From positions 1 through 64,000 of the forward strand of contig CAWEXY010000011.1 of NCBI GenBank assembly GCA_963813135.1: DNA of 64,000 nucleotides, given 5' to 3'. This stretch comes from an uncultured Verrucomicrobiae bacterium (GTDB taxonomy: Bacteria > Chlamydiota > Chlamydiia > Chlamydiales > Rhabdochlamydiaceae). Shown here in pieces: positions 11,295-20,398 of this stretch. The stretch's first letter is position 1. Each line of letters opens with the position of its first letter. The notes under the pieces are model-generated. The model was not told the origin of the DNA. It searched no databases and saw only the letters and a program-made list of their open reading frames with translations. The translations under genes and the position numbers were made by a program.

Positions 11295-11539
11295 GCTTTA
11301 GCTCCTAGCACACGCCAGCGCTTTAGTTTCGAAAGAGGTCTTGTCTCTTCGATGCTTACAGTTTGTCCGATCTCGACAGCAGGACCGTCCACGTGGGCAT
11401 AATATTTTTTTGCGCGCTTGATCACCTTCCCAAATTGGGGATGGCGAACAGTGTGTTCGACGCGAATAACAGCCGTTTTGTGCATCTTGTTGGACACGAC
11501 AACGCCGGTTCGAACTTTACGGCTTGATTTCTTTTCCAT
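11291..11539 (-). CDS. rpsQ: 30S ribosomal protein S17
   Basis: [22 protein letters not shown]. Confidence 0.97.
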   Translation of the reverse strand: MEKKSSRKVRTGVVVSNKMHKTAVIRVEHTVRHPQFGKVIKRAKKYYAHVDGPAVEIGQTVSIEETRPLSKLKRWRVLGAKA

Positions 11540-11736
11540 TATTTCTGTTCCTTCTGTCTAAGAACCGTCAAAATGCGTGCGCGATCCCTTTTCTTTTCTC
11601 GGAGAAGATGGGGCTTTTCTAACTTGCGCGCAAGCCGAAGCTCATTGGTCAAATTGAAAATCTCTTTGGAGAGATCTCGAAATGCCAATTTAAGCTCGCT
11701 TTCGGTCTGGTCTTTTAATTCTTTTGCTTTCAACAT
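11539..11736 (-). CDS. rpmC: 50S ribosomal protein L29
   Basis: MLKAKELK...[11 protein letters not shown]; lies between rplP and rpsQ. Confidence 0.93.
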   Translation of the reverse strand: MLKAKELKDQTESELKLAFRDLSKEIFNLTNELRLARKLEKPHLLREKKRDRARILTVLRQKEQK

Positions 11737-11740
11737 AGTT

Positions 11741-12160
11741 CTATATCCTTTCCAAGCGCTCGACAAAGCGGGTCTTGATGCCGATTTTTGCTGCAGCGCG
11801 GCGCAGGGCGTTTTGAGCGAGGTCTTTCGAGACGCCGCCTACTTCAAATAAAATTCGGCCGGGTCTGATAACCGCGACCCAGTGGTCGGGGTTTCCTTTT
11901 CCTTTACCCATACGTGTCTCAGCTGGCTTCTTGGTCACTGATTTGTCAGGGAAAATACGAATCCAAACCTGACCGCGGCGGTTAAAGTAACGTGTGATGG
12001 CGACGCGGCAAGCTTCGATCTGTTGGTTGGTAATCCAGCCGCGGTCGAGAGCTTGCATGCCGAAGTCCCCGAAATCGAGGAAGCCGGCAGCTTTGGTGAG
12101 GCCCTTGCGCGAGCCTTTCATCATCTTGCGATATTTTGTCCTTGTGGGAATCTGTGCCAT
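11741..12160 (-). CDS. rplP: 50S ribosomal protein L16
   Basis: [17 protein letters not shown]. Confidence 0.98.
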   Translation of the reverse strand: MAQIPTRTKYRKMMKGSRKGLTKAAGFLDFGDFGMQALDRGWITNQQIEACRVAITRYFNRRGQVWIRIFPDKSVTKKPAETRMGKGKGNPDHWVAVIRPGRILFEVGGVSKDLAQNALRRAAAKIGIKTRFVERLERI

Positions 12161-12163
12161 AAA

Positions 12164-12793
12164 TTATTGCTCTCCTTCCCCGCGATTGATCCATACCTTA
12201 ACGCCAATGGAACCATAAGTTGTCTCTGCGCGTCCCATGCCATAATCGATATCAGCGCGCATAGTGTGGAGAGGAATACGGCCCTCTTTGTACCACTCCA
12301 TCCGTGCGATCTCGGCTCCTCCGATTCGGCCGGAGACGGCTACTTTAATACCGGCAGCTCCCGCGTCCATGGAAGATTGGATCGCTTTTTTCATGACGCG
12401 TCTAAAGGGCATGCGGCGTTCGAGTTGACGTGCGATATTGTCAGCCACGAGTTTAGCATCGAGATCAGGTCTTTTAATTTCTTCGACTTCGATCCAGATT
12501 TCTTTGCCTGTCAACTTCTTGAGCTCTTGCTTAAGGATATCGATCTCAGCTCCTTTCTTTCCGATCACAAGACCGGGACGGGCTGTATGGATCGTCACTT
12601 CAATTTTGCCGCTCATTCTCTTAATGGTGAGCTGGGCTGTTCCTGAGCAGCAAGGCTTGGACATCAAAAAGTTGCGGATGAATCTATCTTCTCCGATATT
12701 GCCGCCAAATTCTTGTTTGTTGGCATACCAAAGTGATTTCCATTTTTTAGTGAGGGCGAGACGAAAACCAATGGGAGATGTCTTTTGACCCAT
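12164..12793 (-). CDS. rpsC: 30S ribosomal protein S3
   Basis: [29 protein letters not shown]. Confidence 0.98.
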   Translation of the reverse strand: MGQKTSPIGFRLALTKKWKSLWYANKQEFGGNIGEDRFIRNFLMSKPCCSGTAQLTIKRMSGKIEVTIHTARPGLVIGKKGAEIDILKQELKKLTGKEIWIEVEEIKRPDLDAKLVADNIARQLERRMPFRRVMKKAIQSSMDAGAAGIKVAVSGRIGGAEIARMEWYKEGRIPLHTMRADIDYGMGRAETTYGSIGVKVWINRGEGEQ

Positions 12794-12794
12794 G

Positions 12795-13139
12795 TTACTT
12801 GTTCTCCTGTGCTTCTAAGACGATCGTGAAATGGCTCGTTCTTTTCATGACGGGAGCTCTTCCACCACGGCTTTTAGATTTTGCGCGTTTCAGAACGGCG
12901 CCGCAGTCGACGCGAACTTCTTTTACTTTCAGTTGCTGACGCGGGACATTCAGTTGCGTTTCAGCGTTAGCAATCGCACTGTTGAGCGTCTTTTTCAGCA
13001 ATATGCCGCCTTTCAATTGAGAGTAGGTGAGCTGAATAAGAGCTTCTTCCGCCATCAGTCCGCGGATCAAATCAGCGGCAAGGCGTGCCTTACGAGGAGG
13101 AATGCGTTGGTGTTTTGTAACGGCTCTAGCTGTTTGCAT
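12795..13139 (-). CDS. rplV: 50S ribosomal protein L22
   Basis: [28 protein letters not shown]. Confidence 0.97.
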   Translation of the reverse strand: MQTARAVTKHQRIPPRKARLAADLIRGLMAEEALIQLTYSQLKGGILLKKTLNSAIANAETQLNVPRQQLKVKEVRVDCGAVLKRAKSKSRGGRAPVMKRTSHFTIVLEAQENK

Positions 13140-13142
13140 ATC

Positions 13143-13511
13143 TTACTTACCTTTTTCTCCGTTGGCCGGTTTAGCTGCTTCAGCTGGAGCTGCTGCGGCA
13201 GCGGTTGCTCCTGCTGCAGGGGCAGCGGCGGCAGTAGCTGCTTCTTCCATTTTCTTAGAACCGTGGCCTTTAAAGATGCGTGTATGGGAAAACTCTCCCA
13301 GACGGTGGCCTACCATGTTTTCCGAAATAAAGACGGAAATAAATTTTCGGCCGTTATGCACTTCAAATGTATGTCCAATCATATCTGGGATAATCATCGA
13401 GCGGCGCGACCATGTTTTAATGGGTCTCTTTGTTCCAGCTTGGTTTTGTTTTTCGACTTTCGCGAGCAAGTGATGGTCTACGAAAGGTCCTTTTTTAAGT
13501 GATCTTGCCAT
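13143..13511 (-). CDS. rpsS: 30S ribosomal protein S19 with Ala-rich C-terminal extension
   Basis: [26 protein letters not shown]. Confidence 0.97.
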   Translation of the reverse strand: MARSLKKGPFVDHHLLAKVEKQNQAGTKRPIKTWSRRSMIIPDMIGHTFEVHNGRKFISVFISENMVGHRLGEFSHTRIFKGHGSKKMEEAATAAAAPAAGATAAAAAPAEAAKPANGEKGK

Positions 13512-13513
13512 GA

Positions 13514-14335
13514 TTATTTCCTTCGATCCTTAACGATCCACTTCATTGTCTTTCTCTTCGAGCGAGTACGGTAGCCTTTCGTGTACATCGACCAGGGAGT
13601 TTGCGGCAGATATCCGTTGTGTTTACCTTCACCACCACCGTGGGGGTGGTCGACAGGGTTCATCGCGGTTCCACGGACAGTAGGTCTGACACCCATCCAT
13701 CGGCGGCGTCCCGCTTTTCCTTCAACCCGCAGAATACGCTCAGCATTAGAGACGGCCCCAAACGTTGCGCGGCAGTCTTCATTAATGAGGCGCACTTCGC
13801 CTGACGGCATTTTAAGCGTCACATAACCAGCGCTCTTAGCCATGAGCTGCGCTGATAAGCCTGCGCTGCGAACCAGTTGTCCGCCTTTGCCCGGCTTCAT
13901 TTCGATATTGTGAATGACGGAACCGAGCGGCATATATTTCATGCGCATGCAGCATCCGATCTCATAGACTTCTTTGTCGGAAGTAAGAACGCGGTCGCCT
14001 ACTTTGAGGCCTTCAGGGGCCAGGATATAACGCTTCTCCCCATCGGCATAGTTGACAAGCGCGATGTGCGCTGTGCGATTGGGATCGTATTGGATCGAAG
14101 CGACAGTGGCGGGAATTTCTTCCTTATCCCGTTTAAAGTCGATCAAGCGGTAAAAGCGTTTATGACCGCCGCCTAAATGCCGGCATGTCACGCGGCCATG
14201 ATGGTTACGACCGTTTGTGCGCTGCTTGCTCACGAGGAGCGATTTTTCGGGCTTCGCCCCTTTTGTCAGCTGAGCGTGGCTCTCTAAAATGAGCTCGCGC
14301 TGACTCGGTGTCATGGGTCTGAACTTTTTCGTCAT
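13514..14335 (-). CDS. rplB: 50S ribosomal protein L2
   Basis: [20 protein letters not shown]. Confidence 0.98.
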   Translation of the reverse strand: MTKKFRPMTPSQRELILESHAQLTKGAKPEKSLLVSKQRTNGRNHHGRVTCRHLGGGHKRFYRLIDFKRDKEEIPATVASIQYDPNRTAHIALVNYADGEKRYILAPEGLKVGDRVLTSDKEVYEIGCCMRMKYMPLGSVIHNIEMKPGKGGQLVRSAGLSAQLMAKSAGYVTLKMPSGEVRLINEDCRATFGAVSNAERILRVEGKAGRRRWMGVRPTVRGTAMNPVDHPHGGGEGKHNGYLPQTPWSMYTKGYRTRSKRKTMKWIVKDRRK

Positions 14336-14338
14336 AGT

Positions 14339-14677
14339 TTAAACCTTTTCCTCAATCGTATCGCCGGGTTGCAGAGTCACGATCGCTTTCTTAAAACCGC
14401 TTCGCATACCGATGTGGCCGCGCACGCGGCGCTCTTTTGGTTTAGTCGTGATCGTATTGACGGCGATAACTTTAATGTTTCTTTCTGCGTAAATTTCTTC
14501 TACCGCTGCAGCGATATCGCGCTTGGTCGCGCGCTTGTCGACAACAAATACATACTTGGGCGTCTCGCATTTGCGCACGCTGGAGTTGCTTTTGTTCGCT
14601 GCGAGGCCTTCTAGCACACGAGCTTTCTCCGTTATGTAGCGGCTCTTAATTACATCGTAGGGTGTTTTGCGGTGCAT
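14339..14677 (-). CDS. rplW: 50S ribosomal protein L23
   Basis: ITEKA, YVFVVD, FKKAIVTL. Confidence 0.96.
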   Translation of the reverse strand: MHRKTPYDVIKSRYITEKARVLEGLAANKSNSSVRKCETPKYVFVVDKRATKRDIAAAVEEIYAERNIKVIAVNTITTKPKERRVRGHIGMRSGFKKAIVTLQPGDTIEEKV

Positions 14678-14680
14678 AGC

Positions 14681-15313
14681 TTATCCTTCTAGTATCTTCA
14701 TCAGTTGCTGCGCAGCTGGCTCGAGCACGATCACATTTTGATGGGCAGCCAGGGCATATCCATTGACGTTGGGGAGCAAAAGGAAATCGCTGCGGTCAAT
14801 ATTGCGCATGCTTTTAACAAAAGCCTCTTCGACCTCGCCACCCAAGAAGAGAACAGGTCTGCCATCGAGCTTTACACTCTTGAGGAAGGCTGCCACTTTC
14901 TTTGTCTGGGGTTTTTTGAGCTTGTCGCTCTTGAGGATCAGAAGACGATTTTCTTGGATTTTTTCTGCGAGAAGGTGGCGAATCGCCGCGCGCTTCTCTT
15001 TTTTATTAATGCGCACGTGCTGGTCAAACTTCGCACGCGGGCCGCCGACGCGTCCGCCGCCTTTATATTGCGGGGAGCCGAGGTACCCTTGACGAGCGCG
15101 CCCTGTCCCTTTTTGAGGATGGGGCTTCTGTCCTGAGTGATTGACTTCTGCGCGAGTCTTCGTGTGCGCGGACCACTGGCGAGCATTGTTACGGATCGCC
15201 ACGAGATAATCTTTAATGAGCTGTGAATTGACCTCATTGTCAAGAAGCTTGTCATCGACGCTGAGTTCGCCAATTTCTTTTCCTGAGAGATCGTATTTTT
15301 TAAGGACTGCCAC
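14681..15313 (-). CDS. rplD: 50S ribosomal protein L4
   Basis: TKTRAEV, QKGTGRARQG; GTG start. Confidence 0.97.
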   Translation of the reverse strand: MAVLKKYDLSGKEIGELSVDDKLLDNEVNSQLIKDYLVAIRNNARQWSAHTKTRAEVNHSGQKPHPQKGTGRARQGYLGSPQYKGGGRVGGPRAKFDQHVRINKKEKRAAIRHLLAEKIQENRLLILKSDKLKKPQTKKVAAFLKSVKLDGRPVLFLGGEVEEAFVKSMRNIDRSDFLLLPNVNGYALAAHQNVIVLEPAAQQLMKILEG

Positions 15314-15325
15314 GACTTTAAACCT

Positions 15326-15988
15326 TTATTTTTTCTTCAGAGTGAGTTTTTTCTTAGCAGGAGCGATGAAGACAAGTCCTCCTCGAGATCCTGGAATCGA
15401 TCCTTCAACGAGGATCACTTGCTTTTCTGTATCAATTTTCACAACACGCAGACTCTCAACTGTCACGCGCTCTCCGCCCATGCGGCCGGCTTTTTTCTGG
15501 CCAGGCAAGCATCGGCCGGGCGACGTACGCATACCGCACGATCCGCCGTGGCGATGAAATCCCGATCCGTGGGCAGCAGGACCGCCAGCAAAGTGGTGGC
15601 GCTTCATAACCCCTTGATACCCTTTTCCTTTGGAGACGCCGATGACGTCGACAAAGGGAATTTCTTGAAAACTTTCTACGCCAATTTCTTGTCCGAGCTG
15701 GTAAGAATCGACGTTGTCGACCTTAATTTCGCAGCTCTTGCGCCGTGGGTCAACGCCGGCTTTTTTAAAATGACCCTGCTGCTGCTTGGGAACGCTGTTT
15801 ACTTTAGAAGGCTTCGCTTTAAAGCAGGCGAGCTGAACAGCTTCGTATCCATCGGTCTCTTTCTTTTTCAATTGAGACACGACGTGCTTTTCGGTCGAAA
15901 TCACGCTGCAAACCACGAGATTGCCCTTTTCGTCAAAAAGCTGCATCATCCCCTGCTTGATTCCCATTAACTTAAATTTCGGCGCCAT
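15326..15988 (-). CDS. rplC: 50S ribosomal protein L3
   Basis: DGYEAVQL, SKGKGYQGVMKRH, AGRMGG; start ATG 15988. Confidence 0.97.
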   Translation of the reverse strand: MAPKFKLMGIKQGMMQLFDEKGNLVVCSVISTEKHVVSQLKKKETDGYEAVQLACFKAKPSKVNSVPKQQQGHFKKAGVDPRRKSCEIKVDNVDSYQLGQEIGVESFQEIPFVDVIGVSKGKGYQGVMKRHHFAGGPAAHGSGFHRHGGSCGMRTSPGRCLPGQKKAGRMGGERVTVESLRVVKIDTEKQVILVEGSIPGSRGGLVFIAPAKKKLTLKKK

Positions 15989-16012
15989 AGTGTATTTTCC
16001 TATTAATCTTCC

Positions 16013-16119
16013 GAGCCGGCTGCAAAATTCCCGCTCCGTTAAAACTGAAGGTTTTGCGGGCAACGGGGAATTTCTGCAACCAGCTCTTACTCGACGACAG
16101 ATCGCTCTGTCATAAGTCG
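16013..16119 (-). promoter_or_regulatory. Structured 5' leader of the rplC-rplD operon (candidate ribosomal-protein autoregulatory RNA)
   Basis: Long hairpin 16013-16086 and second hairpin 16092-16119; mismatches resolve as G-U pairs on the mRNA strand. Confidence 0.6.
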
Positions 16120-16131
16120 GCTAAACCGAAC

Positions 16132-16161
16132 AGACTAGCAAAATTCCGGATTTTTCAGCAA
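16132..16161 (-). promoter_or_regulatory. Putative sigma66 promoter of the ribosomal protein superoperon
   Basis: Minus strand TTGCTG-18 nt-TAGTCT with extended TG. Confidence 0.55.
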
Positions 16162-16213
16162 ACGAAATTCCTAAGAGCTCGGATTAAAGTAATCTATTTG
16201 AGCCTGAGCGGGC

Positions 16214-16306
16214 TCAAAGTTGGCGGGTGAGAAAAGAAATGAGGATGAGAGAAGCGATAAGGCCGGTCAAGACAAGTATGATGATCCATTCGGATAAGGT
16301 TAGCAT
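16214..16306 (-). CDS. Candidate 30-aa single-pass membrane peptide
   Basis: MLTLSEWIIILVLTGLIASLILISFLTRQL*, one hydrophobic stretch; no clear RBS. Confidence 0.3.
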   Translation of the reverse strand: MLTLSEWIIILVLTGLIASLILISFLTRQL

Positions 16307-16364
16307 GGATGCGGCCAAAGAATTTTCCAAAGAGTTTTTAAGGGCTCCATGGAGCCCTGCGCCG

Positions 16365-17190
16365 TTACTGTCTTTTTTCAGGGATAACGTCTGGTTCCAT
16401 ATAATATTTTTTATAGAAATGGCCAGCAGTTGTGCTGCCCGCCCACAATACTGTGACGCCAAGATTCATTTGATACAGAACAACTGCTGCCATCATTTTG
16501 ATTCCAGAAGCATACTGCACATAAACAATCACGGCCAAGACTGCGGCTGCAACGCCTAAAACGGCGGCGGCGGTATTCATCCAGTCATACAAATAATGTT
16601 TAGGATCGCTGGGTTTGTTTTTAAGCTGATGATAGATCTGATAAGCCCTTAGCAGACCGATACCTGTGACACACGGGCATCCCCACCCCTCAATAATTTA
16701 TCCCAACCAAGGCCAATCAGCCCAGAATCTTTTGCAAAACGGGCGACGACCACAACGGAAAAACCCCATTCGGAGGCTTCTAATAATTTTTTATCTAAAC
16801 TTTTTTGTTGATCCAGCCTCAGCGATCCATCTGAGCTTGCCTCCTCCATCGTTAGGAGAGGGCTTAAGAGAGTCCAAGCCTTGATTACGTTTAGGCTGAT
16901 GCCCCGCTCGCAGCAGCGATTTGCTCGAAACGCTGCAATACGGGCGATATATCTCTGCCGTTCGATAGCATACGCCATTGATGGTAGTAGTGGACAAATT
17001 GCCATGCGTGGGTGACCGACGGAGTTTGCAAATATGCTTTCCCTTTTATCCAATTCGAAAAAATATGCCCTAAGCGCGCTGTCGGCAGAGCTTTATCAAA
17101 TTCTGTTTGGGTTACAGGTCTACCAAAAAATATTTGAGCTTGTTGAAGGTAGTAGTTTTGTCCACTAGTTGCAGGTATAGATCCGGCCAT
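16365..17190 (-). pseudogene. Hypothetical membrane protein (~275 aa) split by two frameshifts
   Basis: ORF pieces 16891..17190, the 3' part of 16649..17053 and the frame containing 16365..16592 join at ~16910 and ~16685; AAGGAG RBS; hydrophobic C-terminal segments. Confidence 0.55.
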
Positions 17191-17259
17191 TGTTCTCTCC
17201 TTTGCTATAAAAAAAAGAGTATCGTTGAAGGAATTGTTTTTGCAAAGAAAAATTAAAGT

Positions 17260-18218
17260 TTATGCGAGAAATATATAAGGATTTTGGGCGCCGCGCAAGA
17301 ATTCTTCGATTTTCATCGGTCGCTTCCCCCTCGAGCTGGATCTCAAGCAGGCGAAGGGCATCTTGCCCGCACGCAACGATCCATTCTTCTTAGAAAACCG
17401 GATATTCGTCCCCGGCTCTCCGGTAAACGGAACGACTTCCGTACGGAGGATTTTGATGCGTTTTTGCTCTTTGCCGTTACTGACGAGGCTCCAAGCTCCT
17501 CCGGGCAGGAGAAAGGGCCCGGACCCTGGTTGTGAAGGTCCCGCGCTGGCCTATCAAAGCGGAGCCGTTCTTCCTCGGACGTGATTTTCGGGGCAAATGT
17601 GACGAGGGTTGGATCTCTGAGGGGTCTTATGGGCCCTGCCAGCCGATAGATCGCGTATCACCTCTAAGAGCTTGCGGGAAGCCAGCTTGGCAAGCTCCGC
17701 TTCAAGCTCGCCGAGCGTCATATCAGTGGCCACCTGGATCTTTCCCATAGCATAAACATCGCCAGCGTCCATCTCGAGGACCATATCCATGATGCAAACG
17801 CCGCTTTCCTCATCGCCTGCCATCAAAGCGCGGCGAATGGGGTCGGCCCCGCGGTATTTGGGAAGAAGGCTGGGGTGAACATTGATGCATCCGAGGCGGG
17901 GAATCTCTAATATAAAACTTTTTAAAATTTCGCCATAGGCGACGACGACAAAAATATCGGGGTTATAGGATTTAAGGAGAGCTGCAAATTCTGGAGTGGA
18001 TGCCTTGGCTGGTTGATGGACGGGCAAGCGAGGGTTAAGGCGCAAGGCGGCCTCTTTGACGGAGGAGGCAGCAGTTGAAGGGAGCGCCCTTTGGGTTTAT
18101 CGGGCTTGGTGACGACGGCCGCCACTTCGATATCAGGCTCTTTGAGAAGATCGGCGAGAATATGGGCAGCGAGAGCGGTCGTTCCGAGAAATACAATGCG
18201 CGTTTTAGAGGTCGTCAT
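17260..18218 (-). pseudogene. fmt: Methionyl-tRNA formyltransferase, multiply frameshifted (probable sequencing indels)
   Basis: IVFLGT, VVTKPDKPKGR, INVHPSLLPKYRG, MDAGD, C-terminal LEIQLEGKRPM; about 6 frame changes near 18062, 17617, 17527, 17503, 17386, 17328. Confidence 0.9.
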
Positions 18219-19065
18219 CTTCTAGCATTTCAGCGTACTCGGGCAGCTCTTCTATGGGTTCGGCGGCAGGCTCTACCCTCTGGAATCCAATGAGGCCGCG
18301 GCGTGAAGCGCGGCAAAATTGCATCCAATGCTTGATATAGAGGCTCGGCTCGACTTCGCGCTGGATCCTCTCCAAAGCCTCGGACAGGCTAAGGCCGGAA
18401 CGGTATGTTAACTTAAACGCGCGGCTGAGGTCTTTGCGCACTTCGTAGGGAAAGCCGTTGCGCTTGAGGCCGACGAGGTTAAGGCCGCCGATCTTGTAAG
18501 GCGATCCGCCCCCGATCGTATAAGGAGGGACGTCATGGGTGACGCGAGAAAATCCGCCCACCATGGCATAACAGCCGATCCGGGTAAACTGATGGATGGC
18601 GGCAAGGCCGCCGATGACAGCGAAATCTTCAATCACGACATGTCCGGCAAGCTGGGCGCAGTTGGCCATGATCACGCGATTACCCACTTCGCAATTATGC
18701 GCGACATGGCAATAGGCCATGATTAAACAGCCATCTCCAACGCGGACGACCGAGTTTTCCTGGCATGAGGAGTTGATCGTGACGTATTCGCGGATTTCAC
18801 AATTTTTGCCGATGATGACAAATGTTTTCTCTCCACGGAATTTCAGGTCTGCCGTTTTAGTTCCAATGGCGGCAAAAGGCCAAATGGTGGTTCCTTCGCC
18901 GATCGTCGTATGCCCATCGATATAGGCATGGGATTTAATCGTGACGTTGTCTTCTAATATGACCGTGCTTTTAACGATAGCGTAAGGCTCGATCGTGACG
19001 TTGTTGCCCAGTTTTGCACCAGATTCAACGATGGCGGTCGGATGTATATTATGAGATTTTCGCAT
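18205..19065 (-). CDS. lpxA: UDP-N-acetylglucosamine acyltransferase
   Basis: Hexapeptide repeats, IHPTAIV, HVAHNC, HQFTRIG, GLNLVGLKR. Confidence 0.97.
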   Translation of the reverse strand: MRKSHNIHPTAIVESGAKLGNNVTIEPYAIVKSTVILEDNVTIKSHAYIDGHTTIGEGTTIWPFAAIGTKTADLKFRGEKTFVIIGKNCEIREYVTINSSCQENSVVRVGDGCLIMAYCHVAHNCEVGNRVIMANCAQLAGHVVIEDFAVIGGLAAIHQFTRIGCYAMVGGFSRVTHDVPPYTIGGGSPYKIGGLNLVGLKRNGFPYEVRKDLSRAFKLTYRSGLSLSEALERIQREVEPSLYIKHWMQFCRASRRGLIGFQRVEPAAEPIEELPEYAEMLEDDDL

Positions 19066-19075
19066 GCTTTAACCT

Positions 19076-19546
19076 TTACACCATCCCTCTATCGATGAGG
19101 GCAAAGCCAATTTCTGCTTCGACGACGACCTGTTCATTCACGATCGCCTTCGCCGCTACTTTCCCGCCCTTAAAGCTGACATGCTGCCCTTCGATGTGCA
19201 GAAAAAGCACGTCGCCGGGCATTACAGGTCTACGAAACTTGGCATTATTGACGGTAAGAAGCACTGCAATTTTATCTGTTTGGAGTTTTTGATGCACGAG
19301 AATGCCGCCTGTTTGAGCAAGCGCCTCTAAAATCAGAACGCCCGGCATAATCGGCGCACCAGGAAAATGGCCTGAAAAAAAGTGTTCGTTCATCGTCACA
19401 TTTTTTTGGCCAACGATCGTTTCAGCTTCGAGATCGATATGCACAATTCGATCGACGAGAAGAAACGGATAGCGATGCGGCAAAATCTCGGCTATGCGCT
19501 TCGCATCAAGAATCGGAGGCTGGGGAGGTGTCTGCGTAGGATTCAT
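19076..19546 (-). CDS. fabZ: 3-hydroxyacyl-ACP dehydratase
   Basis: LPHRYPFLLVDR, GHFPGAPIMPGVLILEALAQ. Confidence 0.98.
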   Translation of the reverse strand: MNPTQTPPQPPILDAKRIAEILPHRYPFLLVDRIVHIDLEAETIVGQKNVTMNEHFFSGHFPGAPIMPGVLILEALAQTGGILVHQKLQTDKIAVLLTVNNAKFRRPVMPGDVLFLHIEGQHVSFKGGKVAAKAIVNEQVVVEAEIGFALIDRGMV

Positions 19547-20388
19547 GCGGTCCTTAATTCATTTAATAATTGTTTAGCAAAAGCTTGGTGGGCACGGTGC
19601 CCGGAACGGAGGGCGATGATGTGCGCTTTCATGGTTCGCCCCATCAGTGCCAGATCGCCGATGAGATCTAAAATTTTATGGCGCACCATTTCATCCGGGA
19701 AACGGACTCCTTCGGGATTTAACACTTTGTCTCCTTGAATCACGACGCCATTTTCCAAACCGGCATCTTTTAAGCGGCCGCTGGCAATCAGAGGGGCAAT
19801 CTCTTCATACAGCACAAAGGTGCGGCAGGGGGCAATTTCTGCGGCAAAAGTTTGGGGCTCGCACACAAACGTATAAAATTGCGTGCGCAGGTAAGGCGAT
19901 GTTGGATAATGAAGCGTATAACTTACCTGAAAGCGTTCCGCCGGAATAGCAATGAGATGAACATCGCCGTCAACCCAAGAAACCGGAGCGGCGATCTGAA
20001 ATATCTGACGATCTTCTTTTTGCTCTTCGATGCCTGCGCCCAGGAGATATTCTACGAAAGGCTTTGCGCTCCCATCAAAAATCGGAATTTCCTGTCCTGA
20101 GACCTCGACAAGCGCGTTGTCGACATTCATTCCTTTAAGCGCTGCGAGCAAGTGCTCTACCGTCTGGACAGATGCCCCTTCACGCTCCAAACGCGTGCAT
20201 CGAATATCGGCTTTCACAAAATCGATATGGGCGGGAATGGAAGGCGCCCCTGCGAGGTCCATGCGCTGAAAAGTAATCCCGCTACCCGCGGCAGCCGGAC
20301 AGATACGCACCGCAGCCGGCTGCCCGGTGAATAATCCGCGCCCTGAGAATGCAATATCGTTTTTTATGGTGCACTGCTTTAAAGACAT
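19543..20388 (-). CDS. lpxC: UDP-3-O-acyl-GlcNAc deacetylase
   Basis: TVEHLLAAL, EIPIFDGS, RHKILDLIGDL. Confidence 0.97.
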   Translation of the reverse strand: MSLKQCTIKNDIAFSGRGLFTGQPAAVRICPAAAGSGITFQRMDLAGAPSIPAHIDFVKADIRCTRLEREGASVQTVEHLLAALKGMNVDNALVEVSGQEIPIFDGSAKPFVEYLLGAGIEEQKEDRQIFQIAAPVSWVDGDVHLIAIPAERFQVSYTLHYPTSPYLRTQFYTFVCEPQTFAAEIAPCRTFVLYEEIAPLIASGRLKDAGLENGVVIQGDKVLNPEGVRFPDEMVRHKILDLIGDLALMGRTMKAHIIALRSGHRAHQAFAKQLLNELRTA

Positions 20389-20398
20389 TAGTCTAATC

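Noticed and set aside
3936..15988. Absence of rpsJ, rpsN, rpmD, adk, map, infA, rpmJ and rpsD from the superoperon
   Set aside because: This is the usual chlamydial arrangement; useful for taxonomy, not novel.
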